Origin: a virus
Taxonomy: Duplodnaviria; Caudoviricetes
Direction: 5' to 3' (one strand)
IMG/VR virus record: IMGVR_UViG_3300017913_000804
Span: 1 to 36,975 of that record
DNA length: 36,975 bases
Shown here: in pieces, positions 33,792-36,975 of the stretch
How positions within the stretch are numbered: position 1 is the stretch's first letter
Layout of the letters: every line of letters begins with the position of its first letter
Position numbers and translations under genes: made by a program
The notes under the pieces: generated by a model
Told to the model about the DNA's origin: nothing
Databases searched by the model: none
The model's input: only the letters and a program-made list of their open reading frames with translations

Positions 33792-33803
33792 CAGGAGAGA
33801 AAA

Positions 33804-34019
33804 ATGGAAAACCAAAAACAATTCGTCGACGGCTTCTTGGCCAAAAAACCACGGGACAACGCTCCCGACTGGATCAAATGCAATATCAGTATCAAGCGTG
33901 AAGAACTCGCAGCGTGGCTCGCGGGCCAGACTGACGAATGGATCAACGTGCAGGTTTGTGAAAGCCGCAATGGCAAATGGTATGCAGAGGTGGATACGTG
34001 GAAACCCAGAAGCGAGTAA
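33804..34019 (+). CDS. Small conserved phage protein (possibly nucleic-acid binding)
   Basis: SD AGGAG, ATG 33804; MENQKQFVDG...APDW...GKWYAEVDTWKP. Confidence 0.72.
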   Translation: MENQKQFVDGFLAKKPRDNAPDWIKCNISIKREELAAWLAGQTDEWINVQVCESRNGKWYAEVDTWKPRSE

Positions 34020-34174
34020 GCGAAATCCGTTGGGGCGAAGCGACAGCAGTCATTAACCGCGTCATAAAGGAACACCTGACGGCAATTAAAAAAGATGATA
34101 CGTTGAAACCAGAGGCGAAAAAGTTGAAGGTCAATGAAATCGAACGGGCATGGCAACGCATCCTTGTCGGATGA
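33998..34174 (+). CDS. Hypothetical protein
   Basis: GTG 33998 after GAGGTGG; helical; ends ERAWQRILVG. Confidence 0.55.
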   Translation: METQKRVSEIRWGEATAVINRVIKEHLTAIKKDDTLKPEAKKLKVNEIERAWQRILVG

Positions 34175-34430
34175 AGAAGCCGAACAAGCAAAAGAAGACT
34201 TCTTCTGCGCATGTGAATGCGCAGCCGAAATGTTGGAAAACTTCGCAGCGATGGGCCTGTATACCGGGCCCGCCCTCGGCGGAGCCTTAACAGAACTTAT
34301 CGCCAACCTGCTCGAAGTATCACCCGATAAAGAATCCGCGATGCAAATGCTCTCAGCTTGCATCCATAATGCGTCCGTCAACGTGGCTGATAAAAGAGCC
34401 AACCACCCACCTCACCATGAAATCCATTGA
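34134..34430 (+). CDS. Hypothetical protein
   Basis: 98-aa ORF filling the operon gap; start uncertain. Confidence 0.6.
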   Translation: MKSNGHGNASLSDEEAEQAKEDFFCACECAAEMLENFAAMGLYTGPALGGALTELIANLLEVSPDKESAMQMLSACIHNASVNVADKRANHPPHHEIH

Positions 34431-34456
34431 CAAGATCGCATAGGTTCGCATACACT
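34427..34456 (+). promoter_or_regulatory. Putative sigma70 promoter with tandem TCGCATA boxes
   Basis: TTGACA, 18 nt, TACACT; TCGCATA at 34436 and 34446. Confidence 0.7.
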
Positions 34457-34486
34457 CCGTAGTGCTATAACTATGAAGAGGCACCT

Positions 34487-34969
34487 ATGAAAGACCTAAT
34501 CACTATCGACGAAGTCTGCGCGATTGCAAAAGTATCGAAGCCCACTGTCTATCGTCGCGTCAAGAACGGCACATTCCCGAAACCGAAGAAAGTCCCGTCG
34601 ACCGCGGCCCGCGGACCAAAGAAGGTAAACCGTTGGGAACGCGGCGAAGTCATGGGCTGGTTGCTCAAAGGCAACGACCCCGAATGGGTAAAGCAGCCCG
34701 TCAAGGATTTGAAGGAAAGCACCAAGAAGCTAAAACATGCGCCCGTTACCGCAAAGGAGCTTGCCACGGAACTCGAACCGGGGCCCAATGCTCTGTTCGG
34801 CAAAGAAGCCTTGCAGCCAGATGACGCCGCCCGTTTTGCCGAAGGCGCGACCGATCTATACGACTTCGAGCCTGTCGAGGAGCCATCCAAGACAAAACGT
34901 TATATGGCCCAAGCCTTTATAGCAGCCTTGTTGGCTGGCCTAATCGCCTTGTATTTCAATGCGGGTTGA
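34487..34969 (+). CDS. AlpA/excisionase-like HTH protein with C-terminal hydrophobic helix
   Basis: LITIDEVCAIAKVSKPTVYRRVKNGTFPKP...RWERGEVMGW; C-terminal AFIAALLAGLIALYF. Confidence 0.8.
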   Translation: MKDLITIDEVCAIAKVSKPTVYRRVKNGTFPKPKKVPSTAARGPKKVNRWERGEVMGWLLKGNDPEWVKQPVKDLKESTKKLKHAPVTAKELATELEPGPNALFGKEALQPDDAARFAEGATDLYDFEPVEEPSKTKRYMAQAFIAALLAGLIALYFNAG

Positions 34970-35264
34970 GGACGACCTGAAACAGCGGTGGTGGGCATGG
35001 CATAAAAAGAATCCCGAGTTCTACGCCTTGTTTAAACGCTTCACATTCGAAGCCATCAACCGCGGTCACCGCAAACTGTCTGCATGGCTGATCGCCAATC
35101 GTATCCGGTGGGAGACCATGATCGTCACCACCGGAGACGACTACAAAATCAGCAACGACTTCATCGCGCTCTACGCTCGACTGTTCATGCACGATCATCC
35201 GGAATACAAGGGCTTCTTTCGAACCAAACCCATGAAACGGGCAACCTTCAAAGACGAGGAATAA
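34959..35264 (+). CDS. Conserved hypothetical phage protein
   Basis: 101 aa, WHKKNP...NRIRWE...YKISND...YARLF. Confidence 0.72.
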   Translation: MRVEDDLKQRWWAWHKKNPEFYALFKRFTFEAINRGHRKLSAWLIANRIRWETMIVTTGDDYKISNDFIALYARLFMHDHPEYKGFFRTKPMKRATFKDEE

Positions 35265-35564
35265 ATGGTCGATCTTACCGATACGTTTACTAAAACTTTT
35301 GGAAGACCCCCAACACAAGCAGAAATCGGTAAGCTCATGAAGCTGAAAGCCGAGCAAGAACAAAGAAAAAGGCTGGATAAACCAGAAACCGCGGCCCCCG
35401 AACCCAAAAAACAAACACGCGCCGAACGGATCGATTTGCTCAACGCCAAAATGGCAAAGCAAAGAAACGAAATAGCACGGCTCACGAAACTGGTCGAACA
35501 GCTCAAGGCTGAAAAAGCAAAGCTGCTTTCCGACCTTAAGTGGATGAGAGGTGAAAAACCATGA
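35265..35564 (+). CDS. Hypothetical coiled-coil protein
   Basis: SD GAGGA; FGRPPT motif; heptad-rich C-terminal half. Confidence 0.65.
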   Translation: MVDLTDTFTKTFGRPPTQAEIGKLMKLKAEQEQRKRLDKPETAAPEPKKQTRAERIDLLNAKMAKQRNEIARLTKLVEQLKAEKAKLLSDLKWMRGEKP

Positions 35565-35833
35565 AGCAACTTAGCGTAACATTCACACCAGCAGCACAGG
35601 CCCCAAACCCAACCGTTATCTATAACGACGTCGTCGAATGGGATTGGGACCAAATGCTGTCTATCCTGCAAATCCTGCTCGAAGATGACGTCAAAGTCTT
35701 CCTCAACACAACATACGTCCTAGCCGTCCTCGAAAAAGAAGCCCTCGAACCAGAACGACCCGAACTCTGGGACGTCGATGACGAGGAAGACGGTGATGAT
35801 CTGACTAGAGGACTTGCAAATGGAGGGACTTAG
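35561..35833 (+). CDS. Hypothetical acidic protein
   Basis: SD GAGG; ATGA overlap. Confidence 0.6.
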   Translation: MKQLSVTFTPAAQAPNPTVIYNDVVEWDWDQMLSILQILLEDDVKVFLNTTYVLAVLEKEALEPERPELWDVDDEEDGDDLTRGLANGGT

Positions 35834-35902
35834 AGAAGGCTTCCTCTGGCCGAGCCATTACGGCCACGACCTTGCCAAGATGCTAAGTCGGGAGAAACAG
35901 CT

Positions 35903-36583
35903 ATGACCACCCACACCCCTGAAATCCGCTCCAAGCTGGAGCACTACCTTGAAACGCACCATTTGCCTAGAGGCATAGGTAACAAAGAAAGCGCCTGCTC
36001 CATTGCGGCCATCAATCTCGTCATATCGGGCGAGCTGACGGACGACATCCCAGACTGCATGTCCAAAGTGATTGGCCGTGCAACGATTGTCCTGCAAGAC
36101 GCCATGCCTGACGAAACGCGCAACTCGGCGCGATACAAGTCGTGGCTTCCAACGGCAGTCGGCACAGGCCGCGAAAGGGAGCAAGAGCGGCTTAAAATCC
36201 TGATGGATTGGATGCGGGGCACTGTGTTGCCTCAGTCGCAGGCACTAGCTGATGAAAACGGCTTTGGCGACGAATGGCGGGCGATGTGCAGCGAGCGCAC
36301 CGACGAAGCCGCCCGTGTCGCCGCCGACGCCGCCGATGCCGCCGCCGATGCCGTCCGTGCCGCCGATGCCGCCGCCGATGCCGCCGATGCCGTCCGTGCC
36401 GCCTATGCCGTCCGTGCCGCCGATGCCGCCGCCGATGCCGCCGATGCCGCCTATGCCGCCGCCGATGCCGCCGCCGATGCCGCCTATGCCGCCGATGCCG
36501 ATTTTTGGGAAAAGGTTGACCCTATCGGTGTCTTGGAGCGCATGACAAATCTGCAGGACAAGTACCTCGCAGAACAGAAATAG
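35903..36583 (+). CDS. Hypothetical protein with Ala/Asp low-complexity repeat
   Basis: SD GGGAG; ACSIAAINL...TDDIPDCMS..I...LQDAMP N-terminal domain, then an (AAD)n tract. Confidence 0.72.
   Translation: MTTHTPEIRSKLEHYLETHHLPRGIGNKESACSIAAINLVISGELTDDIPDCMSKVIGRATIVLQDAMPDETRNSARYKSWLPTAVGTGREREQERLKILMDWMRGTVLPQSQALADENGFGDEWRAMCSERTDEAARVAADAADAAADAVRAADAAADAADAVRAAYAVRAADAAADAADAAYAAADAAADAAYAADADFWEKVDPIGVLERMTNLQDKYLAEQK
36308..36502 (+). repeat. Degenerate GCC-based coding repeat (GCCGCCGAT units)
   Basis: Mixed GCCGCCGAT, GCCGTCCGT and GCCGCCTAT units. Confidence 0.92.
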
Positions 36584-36593
36584 GAGAGAAACA

Positions 36594-36975
36594 ATGATAC
36601 TTGAAGCTGCTACCTGCCTCGCGCTGACCGTTTACCACGAAGCGCGGGGCGAGCCGATTGAAGGCCAGCTTGCCGTTGCAGAGGTCGTGCTCACTCGCAC
36701 CTACAGCCACCGATGGCCGAATACGATCTGCGGCGTCATGCAGGAGGATCGCGGCCCGGGGGCTTACGACTGCCAGTTTAGTTTCTGGTGCGATGGCAAG
36801 AGCGACACGCCGACCGACCCGGAGGCATGGGCAGCAGCCCAGCAGATCGCCAGAGACGCGCTCTCAGGCAACATTATCGGGCATGGGGCCACTCATTACC
36901 ATACCACCGACGTTAGCCCCTCATGGGCCGCTGAGATGCAGTTTCGGGGGATCGTCGGCAGCCATGTGTTTTTTA
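36594..36975 (+). CDS. Cell wall hydrolase, SleB/CwlJ (Hydrolase_2) family, 3' truncated
   Basis: SD AGGAG; CLALTVYHEARGEPIEGQLAVAEVV...PNTICGV...CQFSFWCDGK...ATHYH...PSWA...GSHVF. Not in the ORF track. Confidence 0.92.
   Translation, partial: MILEAATCLALTVYHEARGEPIEGQLAVAEVVLTRTYSHRWPNTICGVMQEDRGPGAYDCQFSFWCDGKSDTPTDPEAWAAAQQIARDALSGNIIGHGATHYHTTDVSPSWAAEMQFRGIVGSHVFF

Noticed and set aside
34487-34680. Excisionase as evidence of a prophage
   Set aside because: No integrase, att site or host genes in the window; AlpA-like HTHs also occur outside integration modules.
36252-36545. Protamine-like (RRC)n and Pro/Met-rich ORFs
   Set aside because: Alternative frames of the GCC repeat inside the 35903..36583 gene; they lack an SD and any independent domain.

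Overview
Fragment of a tailed dsDNA phage genome, most likely a short-tailed (podovirus-like) aquatic phage. The structural module resembles, from memory, uncultured marine phages of the pelagiphage HTVC010P-like neighbourhood; this is not database-verified. Layout: 3' end of the major capsid gene, a terminator and a pseudoknotted RNA element (1-350); small structural and very basic proteins (355-3278); head-tail adaptors, tail proteins, a tail fibre with an S74 chaperone, and a nozzle (3280-11653); four large internal/ejection proteins and a lytic transglycosylase (11653-24645); a reverse-strand SNF2 helicase behind divergent sigma70-type promoters; a replication block with SSB-like protein, primase, SF1 helicase and PolA (26159-33402); small regulatory/accessory genes ending in a truncated SleB-type cell wall hydrolase. 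Most notable: (1) a sigma70 region 4 plus RNA polymerase alpha-CTD fusion inserted between primase and helicase; (2) a [MFY]-x-x-G-G signal shared by five virion-module proteins, including a 51-aa protein built almost entirely from it; (3) the multi-pseudoknot RNA after the capsid gene; (4) TCGCATA-type boxes on several promoters next to an unannotated ribbon-helix-helix gene. All assignments come from reading motifs by eye; no searches were run.
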